A DNA stretch of 64,000 nt from Ranitomeya imitator (taxonomy: Eukaryota): positions 457,064,001 to 457,128,000 of the forward strand of contig NC_091286.1 in the NCBI RefSeq assembly GCF_032444005.1, written 5' to 3'. The stretch's first letter is position 1; each line of letters begins with the position of its first letter. Below the pieces are notes generated by a model. That model was given only the letters and a program-made list of their open reading frames with translations, did not search any database and was not told the origin of the DNA. Made by a program: the position numbers and the translations under genes. This document shows, one piece after another, positions 22,501 to 34,551 of the stretch.

Positions 22501-24129
22501 ACATTAGGGGCTCTGCAAACGCAATGTGACACCTGCAGACCATTCCATCTAAGTCTGCATTCAAATGGCACTCCTTCCCTTCTGAGCCCTCCCATGTGCC
22601 CAAACAGTGGTTCCCCCCACATATGGTGTATCATCGCACTCAGGACAAATTGGGCAACAAATTTTGGGGTCCAATTTCTCCTGTTACCCTCAGGAAAATA
22701 CAAAACTGGGTGCTAAAAAAATAATTTTTGTGGGAAAAAAATGTTGTTTTATTTTTACGGCTCTGCATTATAAACTTCTGTGAAGCACTTGGTGGGTCAA
22801 AGTGCTCACCACACCTCTAGATAAGTTCCTTAGGGGGTCTCCTTTCCAAAATGGTGTCATTTGTGGGGGGTTTCAATGTTTAGGCACATCAGTGGCTCTT
22901 CAAACGCAACATGGCGTTCTATCTCAATTCCTGTCAATTTTGCTTTGAAAAGTCAAACGGCGCTCCTTCCCTTCCGAGCTCTCCCATCCGCCCAAACAGT
23001 GGTTTACCCCCACATATGGGGTATCAGCGTACTCAGGACAAATTGTACAACAACTTTTGGGGTCCAATTTCTTCTCTTACCCTTGGGAAAATAAAAAATT
23101 GGGGGCGAAAAGATAATTTTTGTGAAAAAATATGATTTTTTATTTTTACGGTTCTACATTATAAACTTCTGTGAAGCACTTGGTGGGTCAAAGTGCTCAC
23201 CACACCTCTAGATAAGTTCCTTAGGGGGTCTACTTTCCAAAATGGTTTCACTTGTGGGGGGTTTCAATGTTTAGCCACATCAGGGGCTCTCCAAACGAAA
23301 CATGGCATCCCATCTCAATTCCAGTCAATTTTGCATTGAAAAGTCAAATGGCACTCCTTCGCTTCCGAGCTCTGCCATGCGCCCAAACAGTGGTTTACCC
23401 CCACATGTGGGGTATTGGCATACTCAGGACAAATTGTACAACAATGTTTGGGGTCCATTTTCTCCTGTTACCCTTGGTAAAATAAAACAAATTGGAGCTG
23501 AATTAAATTTTTTGTGAAAAAAAGTTAAATGTTCATTTTTATTTAAACATTCAAAAAATTCCTGTGAAGCACCAGAAGGGTTAATAAACTTCTTGAATAT
23601 GGTTTTGAGCACCTTGAGGGGTGTAGTTTTTAGAATGGTGTCACACTTGGGTATTTTCTATCATATAGACCCCTCAAAATGACTTCAAATGAGATGTGGT
23701 CCCTAAAATAAAATGGTGTTGTAGAAATGAGAAATTGCTGGTCAACTTTTAACCCTTATAACTCCCTAACAAAAAAAAATTTTGGTTCCAAAATTGTGCT
23801 GATGTAAAGTAGACATGTGGGAAATGTTACTTATTAAGTATTTTGTGTGACATATCTCTGTGATTTAATTGCATAAAAATTCAAAGTTGGAAAATTGCGA
23901 AATTTTCATAATTTTCGCCAAATTTCCGTTTTTTTCACAAATAAACGCAGGTACTATCAAAGAATTTTTACCATTGTCATGAAGTACAATATGTCACGAG
24001 AAAACAATGTCAGAATCACCAGGATCCATTGAAGCGTTCCAGAGTTATAACCTCATAAAGGGACAGTGGTCAGAATTGTAAAAATTGGCCCGGTCATTAA
24101 CGTGCAAACCACCCTTGGGGGTAAAGGGG
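19502..24129. mobile_element. piggyBac-type non-autonomous element
   Basis: TTAA-ccccttt ... aaagggg-TTAA; internal 350-390 bp tandem units (about 21330-23560); TTAGGG-like tract; N gap at 20966-21152; no transposase ORF. Confidence 0.85.
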
Positions 24130-24719
24130 TTAATATTTAGTTTTGATGACCACGTGACGTTTCAGTTCTAAAAAGGGTTGTCCACTATCTGGGCTCACAT
24201 GAAAGAGATATATGAAAAGGTGTGAACTATGTGACTTACTAATAAAAACACCTTAACTAAAATTTAACTTTTATTAAGTAATATAAATAAAAAAATATTA
24301 TTACCCTATAATAAAGTGAAGAGTACAGTGTGCAATATATGAAATAGATAAGCATATACAAAGGGCTAGAAAGGACAGCAATTTGGCTAATGTACAGTAG
24401 TATCTATAAATAATATTATGGCTTATGCCTCCTGTCCAATTCAGTAGTATAATAGATAGCAACTACTGGTTATATTCAAGAGTCATCTTGTGAGAACAAT
24501 AAAAGACAGATCAAAGGAGAGGTATCAGACGACTATAGCAGCCTCATCGCTAGGACATTGATCCTCTGCTTTGTGCCAATATCCTCATGTCGCCTGATGA
24601 ACCCAGACATGGGTTCTCCAAATCTGACGGATTTGGAGCATGATTCAAGGAAAAGTGGACAAAGATGGCCAATTCTAGATGTGCCATGCCAATAAATTCC
24701 TAACAAAAAAGACTGAATG

Positions 24720-24975
24720 CTGTCATAAATTCAAAGGGTGCTTCAACAAAGCATTAGTTTAGTGGTGTGCATATTTATGCAACTGCTTTGTTTTAGTTCA
24801 TTATTTTTTCTTTTTCCACCCAAAAGATTTAATTTAGTTTTTCAATTGAATTGTACAGATTATACTTGACAGTAAAGGTGGAAAAAGTTTTAAAATTACT
24901 CTTCTTAGTGTGATATTTTTGCATGATAAAACCTGGCATCTTAACAGAGCTGTGTAAGCTTTTTATGTCTACTGT
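24720..24975 (+). mobile_element. Degenerate Tc1 3' end
   Basis: ggtgcttcaacaaagcatt ... ctactgta resembles Tc1 3' termini. Confidence 0.4.
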
Positions 24976-25412
24976 AATTGGTATCACCAAGTCTATGAAA
25001 GTCCCATCTCCATCAATACACAATGTGATTTAAAACGTATGTTCAAAGCCAAAAACAAAACAAAAAAAAGAATCAAAATTCTAGATTTGCATTTTTCAGT
25101 CTCTGCAGTACCACCCAAAAATGCAGTAATATGTTGTATGTACCCCAAAATAGTGTCAATAAAGATGTCAGATTGGCACATATAGATGAGCTTTTAAACC
25201 TTTAGTCAATCAAGAGAAAAATAAAAATGGTACGAGTCTCCAAAATTGGTGACACCATTTTTTTGTAATGAAAAAATTAAGTTGTCCTGATCCAAAGGGG
25301 TTGAAGAGTTACCGTAATTAGTTAAATCTAGATTAACCTTGACAGTAAAGAATCGCAATACAGTATTGTTAAGAGACACCAATCTATTCTTTGCATCTTT
25401 TATTTCATTTAG

Positions 25413-25571
25413 AATAACATATTCAAGGCTTCACAAAAACTAGAGAACTTGAAGTGTCAACTTAATTGGGACCAGCAAGCCCTGGAGGCCTGGCTCGAAG
25501 AATCTGCTCGTAAAGATGAAGATACTGTTGCCATTCAGAAGTATGCACAGAAAGATGAAGGAAAAATTAAA
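25413..25571 (+). CDS. CCDC39: CCDC39 coding exon (exon 4), 159 bp
   Basis: [53 protein letters not shown] contains the signature [13 protein letters not shown]; tttag/gtaagt. Confidence 0.97.
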
Positions 25572-25810
25572 GTAAGTCATTTTATATAACTAACTGTAGA
25601 AAGTAGTGTGATATCACTATGATATGCCATCGGTAAGTGACTGGTGGGAGACCGGACAGTCGGCCCTCCCATTTTGTTTTAGGGCCTTCACATATTTACC
25701 GTCATAACTGGCTGTGCAGGGAATTGCAGAACAGCTCTATGCACTTTAATGGTAACCCCATGTATATATTCCATATGTATCTATAATGTAACTCTTATTT
25801 CTTGCCATAG

Positions 25811-25903
25811 GATTTGTCACTGCAGGTTGAAAGACTGACCGTGGAGTCCAACCACAAACGCAAACTTTTGGACAATGAGATGACAGAGACCATCACTACA
25901 CAG
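25811..25903 (+). CDS. CCDC39: CCDC39 coding exon (exon 5), 93 bp
   Basis: [31 protein letters not shown]; catag/gtttgt. Confidence 0.93.
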
Positions 25904-26098
25904 GTTTGTATTTACACAAGAATCTCCCAGTATCCCATCCCATCCCATTATTAATAGGGAGACAGGATGGGCGTACAATTATTGCACTGATTTCAAGTTA
26001 TTTTCTGTTTTCTATAACATCTATACAATGCTGATTTTACTTGGAAATAGACAATGTATCTGTTAGTCAACCGTATATATTGTATCTTTCTACTCTAA

Positions 26099-26520
26099 GG
26101 CTACTTTGACACTAGCGTCGGAATCTCCCCGTCGCAATGCGTCGGGGAGAAATTCCGACGCTAGCGTTTAACGCTTTGCACAATGGGTGCAGCGGATGCA
26201 TTTTTCCGGCGCATCCGCTGCCCCATTGTAAGGTGCGGGGAGGTGGGGGCGGAGTTCCGGCCGCGCATGCGCGGTCGGAAAAAGCGGTCCGTCGGGAGAA
26301 AAAAACGTTACATGTAGGGGTTTTTTTTCCCGACGGTCCGCCAAAGCACGACGCATCCGTCGCAAGACGGATGCGAAGTGTGCAAATCCGTCGCAAATGC
26401 GTCGCCAATAGAAGTCTATGGGGAAAAAACACATCCTGTAAGCACTTTTGCAGGATGCGTTTTTTCTGCAAAATGACGCATTGTGACGGATTTACAAAAA
26501 ACGCTAGTGTGAAAGTACCC
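26099..26520. mobile_element. PIF/Harbinger MITE
   Basis: TAA-ggctactttgacactagcg ... cgctagtgtgaaagtaccc-TAA. Confidence 0.85.
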
Positions 26521-26724
26521 TAAGAGTGGAACTAAAATCACAAAGACGGAATTTAAAAACATAGATGTGAACAGCACCAGATATCTGAACAATTCTTAGA
26601 AGATGAGAAATACTGTTTTGTTTTTTTTTTGTCTGTAAATTAGTATTGCTGTATCTCTTAATATGGTTGTGAAAGTAATATTGCGGTAAATATGAGATGC
26701 TGCACAGATAGATGTGTCTTACAG

Positions 26725-26853
26725 ATTGAACTGGACAAAGCAGCTGAGGATTTCCGCAAGGCCCACTATGAGCGACAACAGCTGATTCGACAGTGGGAAA
26801 ACACAATTGATCAGATGCAGAAAAGAGATAGAGAAATTGACCAGTGTGCACTG
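26725..26853 (+). CDS. CCDC39: CCDC39 coding exon (exon 6), 129 bp
   Basis: [43 protein letters not shown]; ttacag/gtaagc. Confidence 0.96.
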
Positions 26854-28074
26854 GTAAGCGAGTACTTTCTCTCCTGTAGTAACTGTTATTCTAATTAAAC
26901 TGATCACAGAATTATGTGCCAGGTATTTTGGAATACAAGCCAATATAAGATAGGCAAAGAAACTGTTGATTTTAATTTGAATTGATTAAGGGTGCAAGGT
27001 CACTCCTGAGTATATTTTATCTGCATAAATGGGAACTGGACTTTCAGCAAAATTTGCATAAATCAAGAGTATAAGCACATATAAAAAAACCTTTCTTACT
27101 AGACACAATTTTCCATTTATGAGCCATTTCTTCTTCTCCCGTCTGCTTCCTGAACTCTCTTTCCACTTTGGTAAAATAACCCTACTCTGTCTTTCCCAAG
27201 ACAAAAACACTGCCAGCACAGTGAGCTGTCAGGTTACACCTCATATTATAGTCTATAAAGAGGGAAGGAAAGAAGAAGAGTGAGGAACAGAGTGGGGAAA
27301 AAAGCAGGGATAGACAAGAAAGATTACGCTGAGCTTTCTAACAAGTCCTTTACCTCACCTCAAGAGCTGGATTCACAGCTAGCTTGTTCTGTACTATAAT
27401 AACTTCCATTATTCTGCTTCTATCTGTGTGCTAAGTAAGGAATGAATGCAATTATTCATCCCTGTCTTTTGAACTCTACATAGGAGACATCATGGCAGGT
27501 AGTCTCTTCTTTCACAAGCTCAATTGCAAGGTAAGAGTCTGCAGAGGGGAAAATGCATGATGCGAGTAATATTGTGGCTGGAAATAAAGAAAGCGTATTT
27601 TGACAAGTTGCTTGAAAGTACAGTTCCCAATTAAGTAAGACAAAATGACTAATAAGTGCTGACATGATTTTATTTTATCAAGCAGCTTCCTCATTCATAC
27701 AGTATATGAACTCCATGGGGAGACTTTATTAAGTCTGATGTTTTATATGCCACTCTTGCAGTATAGCTTATTGGAGTAAGGTGATCTAAATTTCTACAAA
27801 AGGCGCATCATTAGGATTTCTGCAAGCCAGAAAATTAGATCTATGCCAGCTACAATTTAGTCCAGATTTATGCCTTATATTACACCAAATTTATTGTATG
27901 ACCATTGAGCAGGCTTCGATTTGCTAAGTCCTGTTAGAAAATTGTAAACATAGTTTTATATGTGTGACTTAAGATTTTGTAAATCAATAAAAATCACTGT
28001 TGAGAAATAAGTGGTTAGCTTTTTTGTTTAACCCCTCAACGACCGCCGATACGCCTTTAAATGGCGGTAGTTAA

Positions 28075-28402
28075 AGGGACACTGTCACCTGAATTTGGAG
28101 GGAACAATCTTCAGCCATGGAGGCGGGGTTTTGGGGTTTTTGATTCACCCTTTCCTTACCCGCTGGCTGCATGCTGGCTGCAATATTGGATTGAAGTTCA
28201 TTCTCTGTCCTCCATAATACACGCCTGCGCAAGGCAAGATTGTCTTGTACAGGCATGTACTACGGAGGACAGAGAATGAACTTCAATCCAATATTGCAGC
28301 CAGCATGCAGCCAGCGGGTAAGGAAAGGGTGAATCAAAAACCCAAAAACCCCGCCTCCATGGCTGAAGATTGTTCCCTCCAAATTCAGGTGACAGTGTCC
28401 CT
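28075..28402. mobile_element. T2/Kolobok MITE, near-perfect palindrome
   Basis: TTAA-agggacactgtcacc ... ggtgacagtgtccct-TTAA; arms of about 140 bp. Confidence 0.9.
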
Positions 28403-28834
28403 TTAAGGGTACTTATTCCTCAGCGCCACTTTTTAACAATGCTGAGAAATAAGTTTATAGCGCCCCCAGTGTTGGAAAATCTCCAGGGTCTCTGCTACCG
28501 GGGGTAGCTGAGACCCCGGAGCACATGATTCGGGTCGGTTTTTACCGTCCCCAGTGTTGCGATCGCCGTTATTCACCGAATAACGGTGACAACATAAAAA
28601 AGTCCAATTTCCCATTTATTTATCTCCTCTGATATGATTTATACCAGGGGAGAGAGAAATGAGGTTCCCCAAGCCTCCCGATACCTCCGATGTCCCTGGA
28701 CCCTACGGCTCTGTCCCCCGGCTCTTGATGTCTTCCAGGAAGAAAATGGCGGGCGCATGCGCAGTGTGCCCGCCGAGGTCTGCCGGCCGGCACCTGGCAA
28801 CAATAGGAGATTTTTCCTATTGGTTCATTTTAGT

Positions 28835-31390
28835 AACATAGTAACATAGTTAGCAAGGCCGGAAAAAGACATTTGTGCATTCAGTTCAGCCTATATTCCG
28901 TCAGAATAAATCCCCAGATCTACGCCCTTCTAAAGAACCTAATAACTTTAAGATACAATATTATTACACTCCAGGAAGACATTCAGAACTCTCTTGAACC
29001 CCTCAACTGAGTTTGACATCACCACCTCCTCAGGCAAGGAATTCCAAATTCTCACTGCCCTAACTGTAAAAAATCCTCTTCTATGTTGGTGGAAAAACCT
29101 TCTCTCCTCCAGACGCAGAGAATGCTCCCTTGTGTCCGTCACATTCCTTGGTGTAATCAGATCCTCGGAGAGATATTTGTATTGTCCCCTTATATACTTA
29201 CTAGCTATTGAACACGTTCTACGCCCGGGTGGCGGGCATTTATATTGGTATATGGTCTCCATCCTGGTATGTGCTGCTCCATCCTGCGTCCCCATCCTGT
29301 CATGTGCTGCTCCATCCTGTGTCCCCATCCTGTCATGAGCTGCTCCATCCTGCGCCCCCATCCTGTCATGTGCTGCTCCATCTTGCGTCCCCCATCCTGT
29401 CATGTGCTGCACCCATCCTGCGCCCCCATCCTGTCATGTGCTGCTCCCATCCTGCGTCCCCATCCTGTCATGTGCTGCTCCCATCCTGCGTCCCCATCCT
29501 GTCATGTGCTGCTCCCATCCTGCGCCCCCATCCTGTCATGTGCTGCACCCATCCTGCGTCCCCATCCTGTCATATGCTGCACCCATCCTACATCCTCATC
29601 CTGTCATGTGCTGCTCCCATCCTGCGCCCCCATTCTGACATGTGCTGCACCCATCCTGCGCCTCCATTCTGTCATATGCTGCTCCCATCCTGCGCCCCCA
29701 TCCTGTCATGTGCTGCTCCCATCCTGCGCCCCCGTTCTGTCATGTGCTGCTGCCATCCTGCACCCCCGTTCTGTCATGTGCTGCTGCCATCCTGCACCCC
29801 CGTTCTGTCATGTGCTGCCCTATTCTGTCATGTGCTGCTCCCATCCTGCGCCCCCGTTCTGTCTTGTGCTGCTTCCATCCTGCACCCCCGTTCTTTCATG
29901 TGCTGCTGCCATCCTGCACCCCCGTTCTGTCATGTGGTGCCCTATTCTGTCATGTGCTGCTCCCATCCTGCGCCCCCGTTCTGTCATGTGCTGCTCCCAT
30001 CCTGCGTCCCCATCCTGTCATGTGCTGCACCCATCCTGCGTCCCCATCTTGTCATGTGCTGCTTCCAACCTGCGCCCCCATTCTGACATGTGCTGCTCCC
30101 ATCCTGCGCCCCCATTCTGACATGTGCTGCACCCATCCTGCACCTCTTTTCTGACATGTGCTGCACCCATCCTGCGCCTCCATTCTGTCATTTGCTGCTC
30201 CCATCCTGCGCCTCCATTCTGTCATTTGCTGCTCCCATCCTGCACCCCCGATCTGTCATGTGCTGCCCTATTCTGTTATGTGCTGCTCCCATCCTGCGCC
30301 CCCGTTCTGTCATGTGCTGCTCCCATCCTGCGCCACCGTTCTTTAATTTGCTGCTCCCATAAAGGTTTATGGCACCCATAAGATACTCCATAGTATATGC
30401 CCCGTACACTGCTCCATAAAGGTTTATGGCCCCCATAAGATGCTCCATAGTATATGCCCCCGTACACTGCTCCATAAAGGTTTATGGCCCCCATAACATG
30501 CTCCATGGTATTATATGCCCCGTATGCTGCTGCGATATATAAAAAAAAAAAATACCATACTCTCCTATCGTCACTGGGTGCCGAGTGCTGGGGGGCCTGA
30601 GCAGGCGGGGACACCGGCGCGCTGTGGGGGTCAGGTGCCGGTATCAACGCTAGCTCAGGCCCCCGACACTTGCTATATTCACCTGGCCCTGATCCAGCGC
30701 TGCGTGCCGCTTCTTCCAGGTCCTCTGGCTGTGACTGTTCAGTCAGAGGGCGGCGCCCATTAAGCGCGTCATCGCACCCTCTGAACTGTGAACATCACAG
30801 GCAGAGGATCCGGGAGACGGAGACGGAGCTGCACGCAGCGCTGGAATGGGGGACAGGTGAATATAACCGATACTTACCCTCCTGGCGCGTCCCTGCCTCT
30901 CCGTTGGAGATTGCGGTGTGCGTTCAGTGTTTACGCATACCGCGATCTTCTGGGAGCGTCACTCTGTGGGGTCCAGACTGCGCCGGCGCTTGCGCTTGCG
31001 CAGTCTATAAAGGCTTCGGACAGAGTGACGCTCCCAGGGTTATATTATAGATACATGGTTATTAGGTCGCCCCTCTGTCATCTTTTTTCTAGACTAAGTA
31101 ATCCTAATTTTGCTAATCTCTCTGGGTATTGTAGTTCTCCCATCCCCTTTATTAATTTTGTTCCCCTCCTTTGTACCTGCTCTAGTTCCATTATGTCCTT
31201 CCTGAGCACCAGTGCCCAAAACTGTACACAGTACTCCATGTGCGGTCTATCCTGGGATTTGTACAGAGGCAGTATAATGCTCTCATCATGTGTATCCAGA
31301 CCTCTTTTAATGCACCCCATGATCCTGTTTGCCTTGGCAGCCACTGCTTGTCACTGGCTGGTCCAGGTAAGTTTATCATTAACTAGGATC
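28835..31390 (-). mobile_element. CR1 LINE 3' fragment split by a Helitron
   Basis: RT C-terminus (KANRIMGCIKRG...LEQVQRRGTK...SLEKR; RRGFFTVRAVRIWNSLP); (ctatgttac)n tail at about 28835-28850; GDLITMYKYIRG is restored when 29201-31051 is removed. Confidence 0.9.
29201..31051 (-). mobile_element. Non-autonomous Helitron with an internal ~33-bp minisatellite
   Basis: Minus strand reads A|TCTATAATATAA ... hairpin ... CTAG|T; no TSD; minisatellite at about 29260-30360. Confidence 0.88.
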
Positions 31391-32670
31391 CCCAATTTTG
31401 ATCACTGTGATAAACCCTATCACAGTGATCAAAATAAAAAAGTAAAAGTAATTCAACCCCCCCTTCCTTTTATCACCCCCTTAGTTAGGTAAATATGATA
31501 AAATTAAAAAAAAGTATTTATTTCCATTTTTCCATTGGGGTTAGGGTAGGGGCTAGGGTAGGGGTTAGAGTTAGGGTTGGGGCTAGGATTAGGATTGGGA
31601 TTAAAGCTAGGGTTAGGGTTGGGGCTAGGGTTAGGGTTGTATTGGGGTTATGGTTGGGGTTACGGTTGTGGTGATGGGGGTTACGGTTGTGATGTGATGG
31701 TTATGGTTGTGTTAGGGTTACGGTTGTGATGTTGGGGTTACTGATGTGTTGGGGTTAGGGTTGTATTTGGGTTAGGGTTGTGTTGGGGATACAGTTGTGT
31801 TAGGGTTACGGTTGGGGTTAGGGTGGTGTTGGGGTTAGGGTGGTGGTTAGGGTTGGGATTAGGGTTAGGGTTGGGATTAGGGTCAGGGGTGGGCTGTGTT
31901 AGTATTGGGTTGGAGTTAGAATTGGGGGATTTACAGTGTTTAGGTACATCCAGGGCTCTCCAAACGTGACAAGGTGTCCGCCATTGATTCCAGCTAATTT
32001 TGGGTTCTTCTTCTCTTCCGAGCCCTGCCATGCGCCAAAACAGAGGCTTTCCTACATACACAGTGGTCCATTTTCTCTTGTTACCCATGTGAAAATAAAA
32101 AAGTTTGGGTCTAAAGTAAATTTTTGGCGAAAAAAGGAAAATGTTCATTTTTTCATTCCACATTGCTTTAGTTATAGTTAAGCGCCTAAAGGGTTTATAA
32201 ATTTCTTGAATGTGGTTTTTTTCTGTCATAGGCCTCCAAACTAACATCAAGTGGAGGTGGTCCCTAAAAAAATGGTTTTGTAAATTTTGTTGGAAAAATG
32301 AGAAATTGCTCGTCAACTTTTAACCCTTATAACATCCTAACAATAAAAAATGTTTCCAAAATTGTCCTGATGTAAAGTTGACTATTTTGTGCGATATGAC
32401 TCTCTGATTTTAGGGCATAAAAATTACAAGTTTGAAAATTGCAAAATTTTCTACATTTTTGCCAAATTTCAGTTTTTTTCATAAATAAACGCAAGTTATA
32501 TCAAAGAAATTTTACCATTAACATGAAGTACAATATGTCACAAAAAAACAGAATCTCAGAATCAGTGGGATCCGTTGAAGCGTTCCAGAGATATAACTTC
32601 ATAAAGTGCCAGTGGTCAGAATTGTAAATATTGGCCTGGTCATTAAGTACAAAATTAGATCTGTCACTAA

Positions 32671-33168
32671 GGCTAAGTACACATTAGCGTCTTTGTGCGC
32701 AGTATATCATCTGCATGGTTATGCTGTGTTTTTTATCCACATCAGCTTATGTATGACGCAAAAAAAAATGCTGCGTTTGCATGCGTTTGTGTGCATTTTA
32801 GCCTGGGTTTGCGTTGATTTTGCGCATGCGTTCGATATTTCCAGGAGGGCGTGTCTCAATGGGCGTGTCCTGGACATGCTCAGTCCGAAATAAACAAGAG
32901 CATTGAACGCATGCGTACCCATGTCCTTGCGTACCAATGCGTTCACATAGACAGTAATGCGTTGTTTTGACGCACTCATCTGCATGCGTATGTCTGTGCT
33001 ACATTGACGCCTCAAAAAATGCAACATGTTGCGTTTGCCGCACACCACGAAACAATGCATGCTAACGCATGTCCCTGCATACTCAATGTTAAACATATGT
33101 ATGCAAAACGCATGTGGATCGGTACACAGGTATACGCTGCGCACACATACGCTAATGTGAACCCGGCC
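32671..33168. mobile_element. PIF/Harbinger MITE
   Basis: TAA-ggctaagtacacattagcg ... cgctaatgtgaacccggcc-TAA, inserted 4 bp from the end of the piggyBac-type element. Confidence 0.8.
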
Positions 33169-33684
33169 TAACGGGTTAAACGGAACCTGTCACCAGTAAA
33201 AAAACTATTAACCTGCAGATATGTGTTACTAAGCTGCCTGCCTCCTGCACATAGCCGAACACTGTTTGTAGAAAATTAAATTTATTCTCCCCATGCAGCG
33301 CTCAGGTTTCAGTCACCACCGAGTATACACAGTGGTGGCTGTAACCGTGCCCCAGGCCCTGATCAGCACTGGCTTTGTGCGATTACAGCTTCCACTCTGT
33401 TTTTCCAGAGCAATGACTGAACGTGGGCAGTGGGTGAGTTATAGGGAGAAAAGCTGGCAAAGCTGTAAGTGCAAGGTCCACCCCACTGCACTTGCAACTC
33501 GTTACCATACAATTTCAATTATGGATTTGTCTAAAACAGCAAAATAGATTTCTAAAAGCAAGGTAAGGATTTACTCAGTATCACAGCACCTTTACATACA
33601 TGCCATTAGTTTTCTGTATAAAATCACGAGTACTCTTTCTCCTTAAATATAAGCTTCACAAATGTGTTTTATCTAGAATGTAAT

Positions 33685-34206
33685 TGTGACGCTAGTCACT
33701 ACTAACAGACAAGCCGTGAGGCTGGGTATTTAAGAGGTCAAAACCCAGGAGGTACATCACAGACAGAGGGGTTAGACAAAGGCTTAGTCAGGAAACAGTC
33801 CAAGGTCAGAATTCCAAGAAGCTAGCGGATCACGAGAAAAGGGCTAGGCAAACGAATAGTCTAAGGCAAATCCAAGGTTGAGAAGCAAAGATCAGAATAC
33901 AAGACTAGGAGCACAGAGCTAACACACATCACTTGAGCACAGCTACAATTTGCAGAAATCTAAGGCAGAGAGCCGGCTAAATAGCCAGGTAATTACTCCG
34001 AACTGTAGACACATAGAGGACGCCCCAGAACACCCTGGTGCTGATTGGACGGCTAAATGGTCACTCAAGACGCTAACATCTCAGCACGCCCCAGCTCCCG
34101 ATTGGATGGCTGAACTGTCCATCACTATACTGACATCTCAGCACGCCCCTGCCATATATTGAGCTGCAGAACAGTTATTTACACACAGATAGGTAGAATC
34201 GTGACA
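33685..34206. mobile_element. Solo LTR, 522 bp
   Basis: TGTGACG...CGTGACA termini; 5-bp TSD GTAAT at 33680-33684 and 34207-34211. Confidence 0.8.
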
Positions 34207-34359
34207 GTAATTTTATTTATTAAAAGTTTGTCCAAAATCGTAATTATGTGAACGTTAGACTACAAGTGTTCAGCCTTAAACTTCTTCCTTTTTGCTAAGG
34301 TTTGTGAACAACACAATAATTGATGTGATATGCCAGATATTCTGTTATTTTTATCCTAG

Positions 34360-34551
34360 CAACTGGCCCAGGTGAAACAAGAATTACGAGAAAGAGAAAA
34401 TATTATAAAAGAGAAAATCCAGTTTTTGAACAGCGAAATAGAGAATAATAAGGAATATGAAAAGAAGATTTCAAGTGCAGAACGAAAGGCTGCAAGACTG
34501 AGGCAGGACTATCAGGAGCAGGAGAATAGTCAACGTCAACTACAAGATGAG
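34360..34551 (+). CDS. CCDC39: CCDC39 coding exon (exon 7), 192 bp
   Basis: [64 protein letters not shown]; cctag/gtatgg. Confidence 0.94.

Larger units (their letters stand above)
28032..33175. mobile_element. piggyBac-type non-autonomous element carrying nested insertions
   Basis: TTAA-cccct ... cggg-TTAA; its 3' part resembles 19502-24129; it hosts a T2 MITE, a CR1, a Helitron and a Harbinger MITE. Confidence 0.75.

Noticed and set aside
29208-30381. Cys/Pro/His-rich ORFs in all three frames
   Set aside because: Helitron-internal minisatellite artefact; the same applies to 53361-54669.
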